Below, piece by piece: positions 32,287 through 44,143 of a stretch of DNA of 48,213 nt. Position numbers and translations under genes: made by a program. Below the pieces are notes generated by a model. That model had not been told where the DNA came from. It saw only the letters and a program-made list of their open reading frames with translations, and did no database searches. Numbering within the stretch: the first letter of the stretch is position 1; each line of letters starts with the position of its first letter. Source of the DNA: Saprolegnia diclina VS20 (Eukaryota); assembly GCF_000281045.1 (NCBI RefSeq), contig NW_008246073.1:294791-343003 (forward strand), read 5' to 3'.

Positions 32287-32504
32287 CAAGATCGGATAAT
32301 CGCACGCAACATTGGCGCGGCCACGCCTTGGCCATTTCAGCGCGGTGCATCAAGGCCATACCTGGCTACATGCCCTTGGCTGCCGCTATATCCAGCTGTG
32401 TGAAGTCGCTGCTGCCATGCACGATGCCACTTCATCCCGCGGTGCTCAAACCGTATACACCAAGCGTCCATGGCCTCAAGATCGGATAATCGCACGCAAC
32501 ATTG
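32287..32504. repeat. Perfect 28-bp direct repeat (caagatcggataatcgcacgcaacattg), copies 190 bp apart
   Basis: Identical copies at 32287-32314 and 32477-32504, upstream of MTR4. Confidence 0.9.
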
Positions 32505-32635
32505 ACACCCGCCATGCACCAAGCACCACAATGCTGCCGCCGCTGGTGCTCGACCGAGCCAAGACACCGCTTCAAACCGCAGTGAGTACACGACGTTATT
32601 GATCTAGAAGAAACAAGTTGAGAGCTCTCATCTCA

Positions 32636-35139
32636 CTACTTGGTGGGGCGCGTCGCGACCCAGTAGAGTGAGTTGGAGCGCGAGTTGCCGTCGTCATAAC
32701 TCTTGAGCGTCTGCACTTCGTCCCACGCGGCGACAGGGTCAATGATCGCATGGTCCAAGAAGGCATACCCGCGCCAGATCTCTTCCATCGGGCTCTCCTT
32801 GCGGGAGACCGCGCCGTCATAGAGCACCTTGTACTCCTTCTGAACGTACTCGGGCGTGAAAAACTCTTCGGTGATGGGCGTGAACGGCATAAAGTTGATC
32901 AAGTGCATGTGCTCGATGACCGGGCCAAACCACGTCGCGTACGACACCTTGGTCTGCCCGACTTGGCCAGTCATTTGGTTCTTCGCGTACAGCTCGCCGT
33001 AGATCTCGGGGGTCGTCTGCCAGTACGTCTGCGCCGCGCGCATCTCCATCGCGAGCAAGACGCGACCAAACTGCTCGAGGTCCGGCATCGCGAGCACTTG
33101 GCCGAGAAGGTACACGCCGTAGTAGGCGTTGATGGCCTCCGAGACGCTCTCTTGGGACTTGCCGCCGTCCAAGACGTACACGCCGCTCGCAAACGAGTGG
33201 CCGTCAAACCACGACACGTGCCGTGCGAGCGGGAAGTACGGACTAGATAACGTGGCATGAGACGCGCTTTAGAGCATTCGATCAAGACGACGTACTCTTG
33301 GATGTTGAAGTTGGCAATGTCACGGACAATCGTGTGCAGAGCCGCCTTGTGGGCCATGACGAACGCAGGCTTGTAGCGACCGAGCACCGCCGCCGAGTAG
33401 AGCAAATAGCCATAATGAAAGTGCTAAGTATCAACATTGACATCGCTTTTGGACCAGGAGAATAGAGAAGTACGTACATGGTCGTTGTACCAGCCGTTGC
33501 CAAAGTCCGTCATGTAGAACATCCCCTGGATGCCCACCGACGAGCACACGCCGCCCCAGACCGTATCGTACACGAAGAAGTCGCTGTTCTGAAGCGTGAG
33601 CCAGCGCGTGAGCCAGCCCTCGATCTTGGCCAAGAGCGAGTCGCGCACGGCCCAGTTGTGCACTTGGTCGGCGATCAAGACGAGCCGGGCTTGGCGCGCA
33701 AGTTCCTTCCCAAAGAAATACGGGTCCGACGCGCTCGGGCGGTACGACGCGTCCTTGTCGAGCGCGGCCGAGATGTCATGCACGCGCTTCGGGTCGATCG
33801 GGCGCTGCGAGAAGAAGCCGGTCGTTGTGAGCGGCTCGAGCAGCGTCCACGCCGACCCAACTACCGCCGTGAGGTTGCCCTTGATCGTGCGATGGCCGTA
33901 GCGCCCGAGCACCTTGAAGTCCGAGGACGTAGCCGTGATGTCCGGCCGCGTGTTCATGACAGACGAGACGTTGACACCCGTCGCGTCACCGAACGCATCC
34001 ACGTGGTGCGGAAAGGCGAGCATGAGCAGGTCCTCGTTCTCGATCGTCGACGCGTTCGGCGTCATCTGCTTCGTCTTCCACGCAAACTCGACCGCGCCCG
34101 TGTTCTTGGCCGACCCAACGCGAATGGACGCGGCGACAGGCACGACGTTGGCGCTCCGGTGCAGAAGGGCCTTGAACTCGGCCTTCTTCTCGCCTTGGGG
34201 CACAAGCGCCGCGCGCACGATGCCGTAAAACGACGCGGCTTGCACCGTCGCGGTGTGGGCATCGACGCGCAGCGTCACGTTCGACGGGAAGAAGACGAGC
34301 CACTCCTGCACGAGGTTGCGCTCGATGCGCGTATGAAAGTGAAAGTGCGACTTTGTGAGCGTCAAGACCGTCTTGTCATTGACAGCAACGCCGTTGACCT
34401 GCGTGATGGCGCCGACCGCCCCACCAAACGAAAGCGACGGCACCATGCCCTTGTAGTCGACCGAGAGGTACGGCGACCCGCGCGAGAGGAGCGCTGTAAA
34501 CGTGCCGTGGTGGCCCGCGCGCTTGAACTCGAGGCGCGCGTGGAGCGAGTCAAAGCGCACGACCTGGCGCGTCGTCGGCGCCGGGTTGCTGCCAAAGACG
34601 ACATCGTCCGCAAAGTACTCTTGGATAATCGCATTGTCGCCGACGCGGCGGTCGTCGCCGTACGACACTTGGAGGCCGCGGTTGAGGCCGATGACCGTAT
34701 AGGGCGTGAGCGTGACTTGGCCCTCGCCGAGGTGTTCGCCGTGGCCATCCGCGATGAGAAAGTTGGTCCACCACGCGTTGGACGGAATCGCGCCCTTCCA
34801 CGTCGGCGCATGGAGCTTGGGCGTGATGAGGTTGGTCATCTTGGTGAACGGGGGCTCCATCTCTTCGCCGGCCCAGTCGGCGAGCGGTGCGTTCGGATCG
34901 GAGCGCGGCGTTGGCGCCGGCGTCGTTGTTGGTGCCGTTGCCGGTGTCAGTGTCGTTGCCAGCGCCGACGTCTGGTTGGCCTGCACGACTGTGGCAGTGG
35001 ACGGGCCCGACCACGCAAACATGGCAACAGCCGAAACGGCGAGGGCGGCGCCGACGGCTACCTTGGCGTACGTGAAGCGCTTGTTGCCGTTGTTCGGCGG
35101 CGCCGGCGTGCCCAGCAGCGGAGTGCTCTCTCGGCTCAT
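32636..35139 (-). CDS. Glycoside hydrolase family 81 endo-1,3-beta-glucanase with an N-terminal TM anchor, 3 exons
   Basis: IPSNAWW, RGSPY, DPYFFGK, DFGNGWYNDHHFHYGY (spanning intron 33424-33477), WFDGHSFASG, QESVSEAINAYY and DDGNSRSNSLYW. Confidence 0.93.
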
Positions 35140-35896
35140 GCGCAAAACAACTTTCGTACTCTGCCTGGCCACGCCTTCAACGCCGATCTTGCGTGATAGG
35201 GCCGGATACGCCTGCTATCCGGACATCTGCGACACGCATCAGCACCGAATTCTCCAAATATCAAGTTTGAGAGACTTGAACTGCCCGACAGGCGGACAGG
35301 CGCCGACGACGGACGGCCATCGGCCGCGAAAGATCAAGTACTGTCTACAACTCTACGCCAAGGGCGAGCGCAGCAGGCGCTGCGTGGATGCGGCTGCAGG
35401 CTGCACCTATGGAGGGCTAGCAGCAGCGATGTACTGTAGCTATCACTCTGCGGTCGGTTCGTCCAGATGCCCAGGTTTGACATGTCGCTACGCACGCCAA
35501 GCAATTCGTCCAAGCACACACTCCGTGCACCACACAGTCGCAAAGCGCGTTGACGCTGGCGTATGTGTTGTCGTCATACCTGGTTCTGCGCTGGCGACTG
35601 GGCCGGACGAAGAAGGCGCGCCGAGTCTAAAGAGGTGCACACCACGAGCGTACCCACTTGATCTAGGCGAATTCCGATCCCCAAAACCTGCAAAAACGAA
35701 TGCAATCTGTGGTCGCGGGCCGCCACCGCCCACCGGTCCCCATCATCCTGGTACACCGTACCGGTACGATCGAGCGGGTGACGATCTCCAACCTCCAAGC
35801 TGGAGCTGGCTGGAGACCTAGTGCTTGTCCTCGATTCTTGAAACCGACCATATATATTGAAGAGTCGTCGGCTATGGTACATGGTGGCGGTGGTGC

Positions 35897-36856
35897 TCAC
35901 AAGCGCCGGGACACGGCAGGCGGGAGCAGGCGGACGAGTGGGCGCTTGGGCATCTTCCCGCGCAGCTTGCGCGGCGCCGACGGCAGCGCGTCGACCGAGT
36001 AGTTGGCTTTGAGAAAGGTTGCGATCGCGCTGTGGCCCATGCGCGACGCTTGCACCGCCGCCTTGCGTGAACAGCCTTCGTGACGATATGTGTGGAGGAA
36101 CTGGACGACGGCCAAGTGGCCGTTGCGCGCGGCGCCGTCCATGGCGTACGTGCTGCAGCCTTCGGTGCGCTCATTGTGTAGAAATTCGACGATCGCCAAG
36201 TGCCCGTGGGCGGCCGCAAAGTCGAGCGCGATCGCACTGCAGCCCTCGTTGCGGTGCGTGTGTAAGAAGCGCACGACATCTATGTGGCCGTTCCGGGCCG
36301 CGTAGTCCATGGCGCGTACGCTGCAGCCTTCGTCACGGTGCTTGTGCAGGTACTCGATGACGAAAAGATGGCCGTTCTCGGCGGCGCCAACCATGGCCTG
36401 GAGACTGCAACCTTCGTGGCGATGCGTGTCCAAGTAGGCCACGACGGGTAAGTGTCCATGCGTCGCTGCTTGGTCCATGGCGTCGGATGTGCAGGCGTAG
36501 CCCGCTGTGTGGAGGTAGGCAACGATCGCGCGCTGACCGTGCCGGGCGGCGCAGTCCATCGCCGAGGGCGAGAAAAGGTCGAGCTGGCAGGCCTCGAGGC
36601 GCTTGACGATGTCGAGCTCGCCGCGCGCAATGGCCTCGTGCAGCACGACGCGGCGGTCACTACCATCGCGCACGCAGAGATCGCGGAACGAGAGATCACG
36701 CGGCGGCGCAGAGCTGGCACGCCACTTGGCAAAGCGTGGGCGGAGGTCGTCGTAGAGGCCGCACTGGAAGGACGTCATGGCCGCGACAAGGTTGGCGTCG
36801 ACGAGGCAGCGAAAGGACGCAGTCATCTCTACGCGGGGGCGCTTTGAGTTGTGCAT
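35897..36856 (-). CDS. Ankyrin-repeat protein (oomycete-type EGCS..AMD.AA.NGHL repeats)
   Basis: About 7 tandem repeats such as CSVRAMDYAARNGHIDVVRFLH; ATG at 36856. Confidence 0.9.
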   Translation of the reverse strand: MHNSKRPRVEMTASFRCLVDANLVAAMTSFQCGLYDDLRPRFAKWRASSAPPRDLSFRDLCVRDGSDRRVVLHEAIARGELDIVKRLEACQLDLFSPSAMDCAARHGQRAIVAYLHTAGYACTSDAMDQAATHGHLPVVAYLDTHRHEGCSLQAMVGAAENGHLFVIEYLHKHRDEGCSVRAMDYAARNGHIDVVRFLHTHRNEGCSAIALDFAAAHGHLAIVEFLHNERTEGCSTYAMDGAARNGHLAVVQFLHTYRHEGCSRKAAVQASRMGHSAIATFLKANYSVDALPSAPRKLRGKMPKRPLVRLLPPAVSRRL

Positions 36857-37574
36857 GCGTCGTCGGATCTCGGTCTGCGGATCCGACGACGTCTCGGTCG
36901 CGATCTTTCGATCGAAACCGGCCACCGATATCCGGATGCAATGTCATTGTCTAACACTAATTATTGCATTCCAAAGTCAGCGCTGCGAACCTGTCACCGT
37001 TCTAAGCCTCTTGGTGCACTGCCTTGTTGTCCGTCACCTCTTTCCTATACACCGAGAGCTCGGCGTTGCTCGCGTTGCGTACGTGAATGAGGTCAACTGC
37101 TGAAGCTGGAGGCGAGTCGATAATTCTCACACTATTTGGGAGCATTAAAAATCAAGCCGTGTTGGCCTTTCCGCTCGCCGTCGCCTTGGGCGAACCCACA
37201 AGCGACCCTGCTAATACATTTCCTGCATTGTCCTGGCGTAGAACCGACACGTTGTCTGTGGTATCTACTAGCCTCGACAACGAATAACATAAACTTTGCA
37301 TAAATTTATGGCCTTGGTAACGCAACAAGAGCGGCGCTCAACGACGAGGAAGGGAGCTCTAGCTTTGTCGTGCCGAATGAGCACGCGAGGACGCGTCGGA
37401 GCTTCTCCTCGGGCAAAGCAGCGCCTTGACCTCTGTCTCGGCAAGTTCATGCAAGACGCGCATTGAAATAGTGTGCGAAATCGGAAACGAGTTTGTGAAA
37501 CGCAAAACCGACGAAACCCACGGCCAAAAAATGGGTCATTTTTTTAGAATTGAGATTTCGCCCACAAGATCAAC

Positions 37575-39134
37575 ATGCACCATCGACCGACGCGCGGTGG
37601 CACGGGCTGGGACTGCAAGGCCGAGAACGCCAAGGCCGCGGGTCTCTACTACGAGATCGCCAACGTCGGCAAGATGGTCGAAGCCTCCAAGAAGCGCATT
37701 ACGTGGCGCATCAAGATGGAAGAAGGCAAGGAGTACGAGATCTCGCTCACGCACTCGATCGCGTCCGGGAAGAAGAACCTCCGCATCGATGGCATCGTCA
37801 TGTACCAGACGAGCACGGTACGCCGCATCGTCGCCCATGCCAGTGGTCTTATCGCGGCTGCAGTTTAGCCTCGGCGACTGGGACTATGTCTTCAACCTCG
37901 GCAACCACGTCTTGCACTGCATCATCAAGCCGTCCGTCGAGCTCAACGACAGCTATGGTAGGCAGCTCTCTATTGTCGCCTCAGGCATCACGCTACGGAG
38001 CGTAGACTTGATTGTCGACGGCGTGTCCTTTCGCCGCCTGCCCGAGCAGCTCAAGACCAAGAACGACAAGGACGTCAAGCGCGGGTCGACGACCGCCAAG
38101 CCATTGCAGCCGCGCCCCAAGAGCCGCGAGTCGAGTGCCAGCGACCTCTCGCGCACAGGGTCGGGCAACGCATGGGAGTGCACGACGTGCACGCTCGTCA
38201 ACGAGAAGGGACTTGCGCCCATCTGCGAAGCCTGCGGCAGCCCTCGCCCCCGCCAAACCCGTACAGGACCTTGACCGTGAAGACGGCACTCAGCGTCTTG
38301 TACTAGTGGCCAAGACACCGTCGTTCGAATACTCCAAGCAAAGCAGCGCCAAGGACCTTCGCGAGCCGGCGCCACGCACCTCGGAATTTCGCCCGTTTGA
38401 CGCACCACCGGCCAAAGCCACGCCCGATGGATTCGGTGTCGACATGACCAAGAACGATCCGTTCGCGGTGGCGAACGCGGGCTTTAACCAGCAGCAGCAA
38501 CAGCAGCGCACGGGCAGCTCTGGTAACTTCAAACGCCCCTGGCTCGGGGATATCCACTGATGAATACCGTAGAGCAAATTGCGTCTATGCTGCAAGGCTT
38601 AGACTTTTCGTACACGCCGCCGCCACCACCGCCACCGACACCGGTGCAACCGCCGATGAGCGACGCGCCGCCGGTACAGCCGTCTGAATATTACGGACCC
38701 AATTTGGACTCGTGGTGTAGGTGACGCCGAGTGACCCGCTGTGGGGCGCCAACATTGTGAGCCTCGACTTGGTCGAGAAACCAAAACTCAAGACGACCGT
38801 GAGCATGCAGACACTCGAGCAGGCGCGGTTGGCCAAGCCCAAGGAGGCGCCGCAGCCCGTGATGCCGCCACCTATGCAAGCGCCGCCGACGTATACCCAA
38901 GCACCCATGTACCCTCCGGCGTCCATGGGCTATGGAAATCCGCCTGGCGCGTACCCGGGACAGCACATTGTGGCGGCGCAACCATACGGTGGCATGTACA
39001 CCAACACCAACGGACCCATGGGCGTTCAGCGGCAGCCCACGGCGCATACCTTCATGCCCAACATGACCAACGTTCCGCCGCCAAAGGCCGCGCCTGGCCA
39101 CGCCGCCAACGACCCGTTCGCGACACTGTCGTAA
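37575..39134 (+). CDS. FAIM-like beta-sandwich domain, RanBP2-type zinc finger and Pro/Gln/Met-rich tail with DPF motifs; 6 exons
   Basis: ITWRIKM..YEISLTHSIASGKKNLRIDG..YDLIVDGVSF resembles FAIM1; WECTTCTLVN..ICEACGSPR is a RanBP2-type finger. Introns 37818-37863, 37958-38005, 38261-38306, 38523-38572 and one ending at 38720 keep the frame. Confidence 0.75.
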
Positions 39135-39583
39135 TCACGAACCTCAATGCATCTGCACGCGCCTTGTGCGGCTTCTTTCGAGTCTTCAGGTCATCGCTTG
39201 CGTGCTCAGCATGGCGAGAAGCGCCGTGCAAGTCTTGGTTTGATGAGTGCATGGGAGAGCAGCTTAAGACTCGACAGGTGCAGTTGGCGGTGGATGTGCC
39301 CTTGAGGACAGTTCTTTAGCGGCGCACGACCTCACATACGCTTTCTACGCCACTCGGCGCCTGGAGCCCCTAGTTGGTCGATGACGTGGCCGTCTGTCAA
39401 ACTGCGCCGTTTTACTCCCGATCGCGACGTCTGGAAGAACTTCATGATAGTATCGTGGTGGGCGGTCACGGCCACAAGGGCCTCCGGGCGACTACAAATG
39501 ACGAGCTTCCGCGCTGCTTCAGTCCAGCGAGCGAATGAATAAGTGGATTCTTTACGAATGACGTAACATCAGTATACAAATTC

Positions 39584-39590
39584 GATAGAC

Positions 39591-39667
<77 letters not shown>

Positions 39668-39676
39668 TATAGATAT

Positions 39677-39764
<88 letters not shown>
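39584..39764. repeat. (GATA)n microsatellite, about 45 units, with a few GACA/TATA interruptions
   Basis: Directly visible tetranucleotide array. Confidence 0.99.
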
Positions 39765-40019
39765 CCCATGTCGGTCATTTGCTGTCAAGATCGTCGTGGT
39801 GTTGAACCATCGACTGCGTGGTACCAACGATGACTGCCGATGAGATGCAAACACAAGCCGATGTCGCGTTGGATACAGACTGTCGATGGCATACATGCTA
39901 GTATCGGATGAGTGGATTGTTGGTGGCTTTTACGGCCGTCGAGTCAGTCGAGCTCGCATTAACCAAGAGTACATAAATATCATGCCTGTAGAACGGGCAT
40001 ATAATATCGTATTTATGTA

Positions 40020-40510
40020 CTCTTGCATTTACCCAGAAAAGGGCTGCATTTTCCCAGAGGATACGGCATGTATGCGGTCAGCGGCCATTTGGATTCGGGA
40101 CGAGCAAGGAGCTACGCGCACGTTTCGAGAACGACGACAGAGCGATGGGTGGGAGGCCAGCCACGGACGAAGCGTTTCTGCGGCAAAGGCACGTACTTGT
40201 ACTAATGTGAGCGCAAGGCTGACCACTGTATGCTCGCGTTAGACTCGAATGGGCGGAGCGACCCTCAAGTTGGGGTGTCGACGTGCGAGCTACTTATGTG
40301 AGAGAACGGGCCACAGAGCAAGTGCGCGACGACGTAGCCCAAAGGTGTCGAAAAGTTGCTCGAACCAAACCAACGTGTGTGGTCATTTACGGTCGACGCA
40401 GCATGCGCTCCTGCGTGACCATGTCAACTATTACGACGCCAGCGACATTGCTTTCAATGGAGCGACTTCGTGGTGATCGTGATCTACGTCGTCGCGTGCT
40501 TACTCTGTAG
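40020..40510 (+). pseudogene. Possible decayed ankyrin-repeat gene fragment
   Basis: Out-of-frame ankyrin-like peptides YAVSGHLDS, VCGHL..ALL..DIAFNGATS and YVVACLL, interrupted by stops and frameshifts. Confidence 0.3.
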
Positions 40511-40687
40511 CTCGTTCTCTAACGTAAGTGGCTCGAACGTCGACACCACAACTTAAGGGTCGCTCCGCCCATTCGAGTCTGGCGCGAGCATGCTACCTCT
40601 CGCTAGGGACACGGTGCCGCACTCTATCAGACAAACGTCCCCTCGCAAACTCTCACCAAGCATACAATCTGCAGCTTGCATTCCACC

Positions 40688-42568
40688 TTAAACCTCGGCG
40701 ACTTGAAGCCCGTCCATACCTTTGTTGTCCGTGTTCTCGTTCTGTGGGCCGTGGTTTTGCTGGCTGTTGGTGACGTCTTTGGGCAGCAATGTCATGAGAT
40801 CTTGGTACCGGATCGTCTTGCCCTTGGTCGCAAAGCGGAGCCGCACAAACGTGTGGAATTTATGGCGCGAAAACGCAAAGCCAAACTGCTTGAGCGTGTC
40901 ACGGAGCACTTCGGTGTGGATAAAGCCGTCGCCCGCGTCGTCGTCAATGGCGTCTGCGCGCGCAAGCGCGTTCTCGACGTCCCGAATATGCTGGCCCGTC
41001 CGGTGCAAGTGGTTGACGATCTGGTGGACCATTTGACCTGTGAGGGTGTTGACTTCGATCACGTGCTCGATGACGCTCGCGAGCTTCTTGGGCTCCACCC
41101 GCCACGTGCCCGAGACGAGCGCAAACTGCCGTACAATCTTGGGCGCGAGCACGATCGCGTTGAAGAGGAGCGGGAGCGCGAGCCCGACGACGCGGAACGC
41201 ACTGCCGATGGACGCGCCGCCCATGTACATGATGCAGTTGAGGAGCAGCGCGCAGTAGAAGCCGTTGATGATGAGGAAGAGCTGCATGAGGAAATGCACG
41301 AGCTTGTGCGAAAAGTACGGCAGCGTAAACGTGCCGCCGCCACTCGCTGTGAGCTTGACCGAGAGCGTGTTCTTCTTGATTTGGGGTTTGAGACCCCGCA
41401 GTCGACGCATTGCGGACCGCAAGAGCTGCAGCAAAAGGTCGTGCGCCAGCCACGCCGCACCGTGGTGCTGTGCGTGGAGCATCTCGGGACTTGTTAATTC
41501 TTCTTCGACGCGCTGCATTTGAGCGAGCGCTCGGTCCATGTCCTGTGTGCGCTCGCGCTCTTCCTACGGGAGACATGAGAACGACGACCAAGTTGTGCAT
41601 GGTCGTGTCGACCTCGCGAATGACGGGCTCCATCGCGCGCTTGAGGTTGACAAACTCGCGCATGTCGAGCGACTCGTCCACCGTAATGGACGACTGCATA
41701 TTGGTCGCAAACGCGTGGGCCATGAGCAGCTGCACGAGGTAGCGCAGGTAGATGAGCAGCAACAGCATCACGAGCGACAGCGAGAGGCCGAAGCACGCAA
41801 AGACCGAAAGGCGCGCTTCTTTTGACGCTTGGTACGCGCTGTGCGTCACGAGCTCGCCCGTGCACGCGAAAAACGCAGCGTAAATGCCAAAGAGGACGAG
41901 CCAGATTGTCACGTCAATCTCAATCAAATGCGCAATTTGGCTGTCTTGGACTTCGCGAATGTACTTGGGAAAGGAGAAAATCTTGGGGAGCTCGTACGTT
42001 TGGAGGAAAAAGTGCCCGAGGATCTTCATGTGCATGCGCTCCTCGTACCGGTTCGAGACGACCGTGCGCATGAGCTTGTTCCAATGCAACGCGTACGCAT
42101 TCTGCTTGGCCTCGGCTTCCGCGACGAGATCCCGCGCCGAAATGATCGAGATCTTGTCCATTTTCTTGTTGGACCGACGTAGGCGCAGAAACACGATGAC
42201 GGCTTGGAGCACGAGCGCGATCGCGAGGAAGAAGACGAGGATGTCGGCCGCGTCCATGGCCTGGTAGGCAACGCCGCCTTTGGCCACGAGCCCAATGTAG
42301 AGGCAGAACTTGACCATGAGGTAGATGAGGCCGACAATCATGAGTTCTACGCGTGGCCCATGAAGGCCTGTAGAGTCGATAGCAGCGTACCTTGGGTCGT
42401 CTTGTGCAGCATCTCGGCGTACTTGCGATGGCGCTTGAACGCGTGCTCGAGCGAGTGCAGGAGCGCGTCCAGCACAATGACAAAGACGACGAGGCAAGCG
42501 ACGTAGAGGAGCACGTCGCTCGTCTCGAGCGTTGCCGTCGGCGCCGCCAGGATCCGGTCGTCCAACAT
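40688..42568 (-). CDS. MLO-like multi-pass membrane protein with a C-terminal EF-hand-like domain; introns 42347-42390 and 41564-41612
   Basis: LHKTTQELMIVGLIYL matches the MLO consensus lEkiKxELMllGFISL; FFLQTYELPKIFSFPKYIRE..IEIDVTIW matches FdFhkYi.R..GIS..W; DDDAGDGFIHTEVL is an EF-hand-like loop. Splices restore the frame. Confidence 0.75.
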
Positions 42569-44143
42569 GGGCAAAAATGCAACTGCTGCACCACCGGTCG
42601 TGTTTGCCTTTCTATGGTATCCGGATTTCCGGATATAGGAGTAACTGCTACCAACAACCCCTCTGATTCCTTGCGCAAATGCAAATTCAGAGATTCGCGC
42701 GTGCAAAAGGAGGGTATTCATCAAAATGTGTTTGTACAATCCGAGGATATTCACGCTGCAAGTAAAATGATCGAGGAACGTCGCTACGCTAAATGTAGAG
42801 TCATCTAAGGACTCACTCGAGTGACCCACCGGAAGCAGGCTTGTTTACACCGGCATGGTCGTACTGTAGTAGAATATATGTACACTGCGGACGAGGAAAA
42901 GCTAGCTGATGGTGCAGCTGGTGTTGTGGCAAGCACGACGCGTGGGGAATTCTTGTTCATGTAGACCTTGGTTCTAGCTGGGTTCAACCCATTGTGGCTC
43001 ACTCCGTTCTGACGAGGTGGCAAAGCCATAACTCCTCACCAAGCCAGTGATCCCTCGACTCAAAGAGTGGGTGCGCTGTCCGGCTTGTCGCTTTCGGTAC
43101 CAACGTAGCGAGGGAAGCCGAACACGGAGCGCAGCACGACTCCGACTGGCGAGCGATGGCCGTTCTTGGCGGCGAGACGCCAAGGTCACGAGGAGGTTCC
43201 GCACGAGGAATGCACTTTAGATGACTCGGTGCAAGCCGTGTGTGAGGCGAGTGTTGCTATTCTGTCGCCACGAGCTACTTCTGCGAGCGTGCAAAGCTTG
43301 CACGTCGATCATGTTGACTCGCGCAGGATGGAGGAACAGGGAAGGTTGCGGAGCCTTCTCCATGGAAAGTAAGTTGTTGGATACAGGTACACGTTTCGAA
43401 ATCTCTGGAATCTGAACGCGAAAAATTCGTGTTTTTCAAATGATCGGGATAGAGAAGCGATTCTTCCGTTGTCAATATTCCCCATTACTTAAAAAGCATT
43501 CCGCACCGACCATAGCCAAAGAAGTGCACTACCCATCACGACAACCGATGCAGCAAATGCTAGTTGCAGTGCACAGAGCCTTCGCCCAGCTGCACATTGC
43601 ACAGCACCATGGCGTTACACTTCACTCAGCATGCCACAGTGCGCGGGTTTGTTCCGTGGATGCCTTGTCCTCGGCACTGAAACGGGCGAAATGCTGGTGT
43701 GGGTAGGGTCCGGCTTCCGCACGAGTAGTTGTCGATGTCTGGACTACGTTTCGGCGCTCAAGTCTCTAGCCGTGGCGATTGTTGCCAACAGGAAAACGCG
43801 ACAGTCTCTGGCGGTACCCACATAAAGGTCGAGTTCATGAAACTGCGTGCATACTTGTGCAAGAAGCTGGGCAGTCGGCGCCAAGAGCTGCGCTACGCTG
43901 AACACGACGCATGCTATATGCTGTTTGCAACCCCCGTCGTCACTGCTACTTGTACTTGTGCCTGGTGTGCTCTTGTATGTTTCGACTCATGCCGTCACAC
44001 AGACAGTGTCTGAAACAGAATTTAAAACAGTGTATAGAACACTGTTTGGACGGTGGCTCGTATATTCATTGTGGGAGGTACTATCAAGTTTGAGAGAACC
44101 ATTGTTTGGTCGGAGTTGGCTGTGAGCAACAGCAAGCAGCAGC

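Noticed and set aside
32287..32504. 28-bp repeat pair (and the 25-bp pair at 4826-4881) as a CRISPR-like array
   Set aside because: Only two copies each, spacer lengths are wrong, the context is eukaryotic and there are no cas genes.
9658..39134. Apparent apoptosis cluster (Nma111 plus FAIM-like gene)
   Set aside because: The genes are about 24 kb apart with unrelated genes between them; nothing suggests functional clustering.
39552..39896. ORFs encoding (IYLS)n
   Set aside because: They are translations of the GATA microsatellite.
42700..44100. 1.4-kb intergenic region with faint ankyrin-like peptides (HGRTVVEYMY, AARRQGHEEV)
   Set aside because: The similarity is too weak and fragmentary to support a call.
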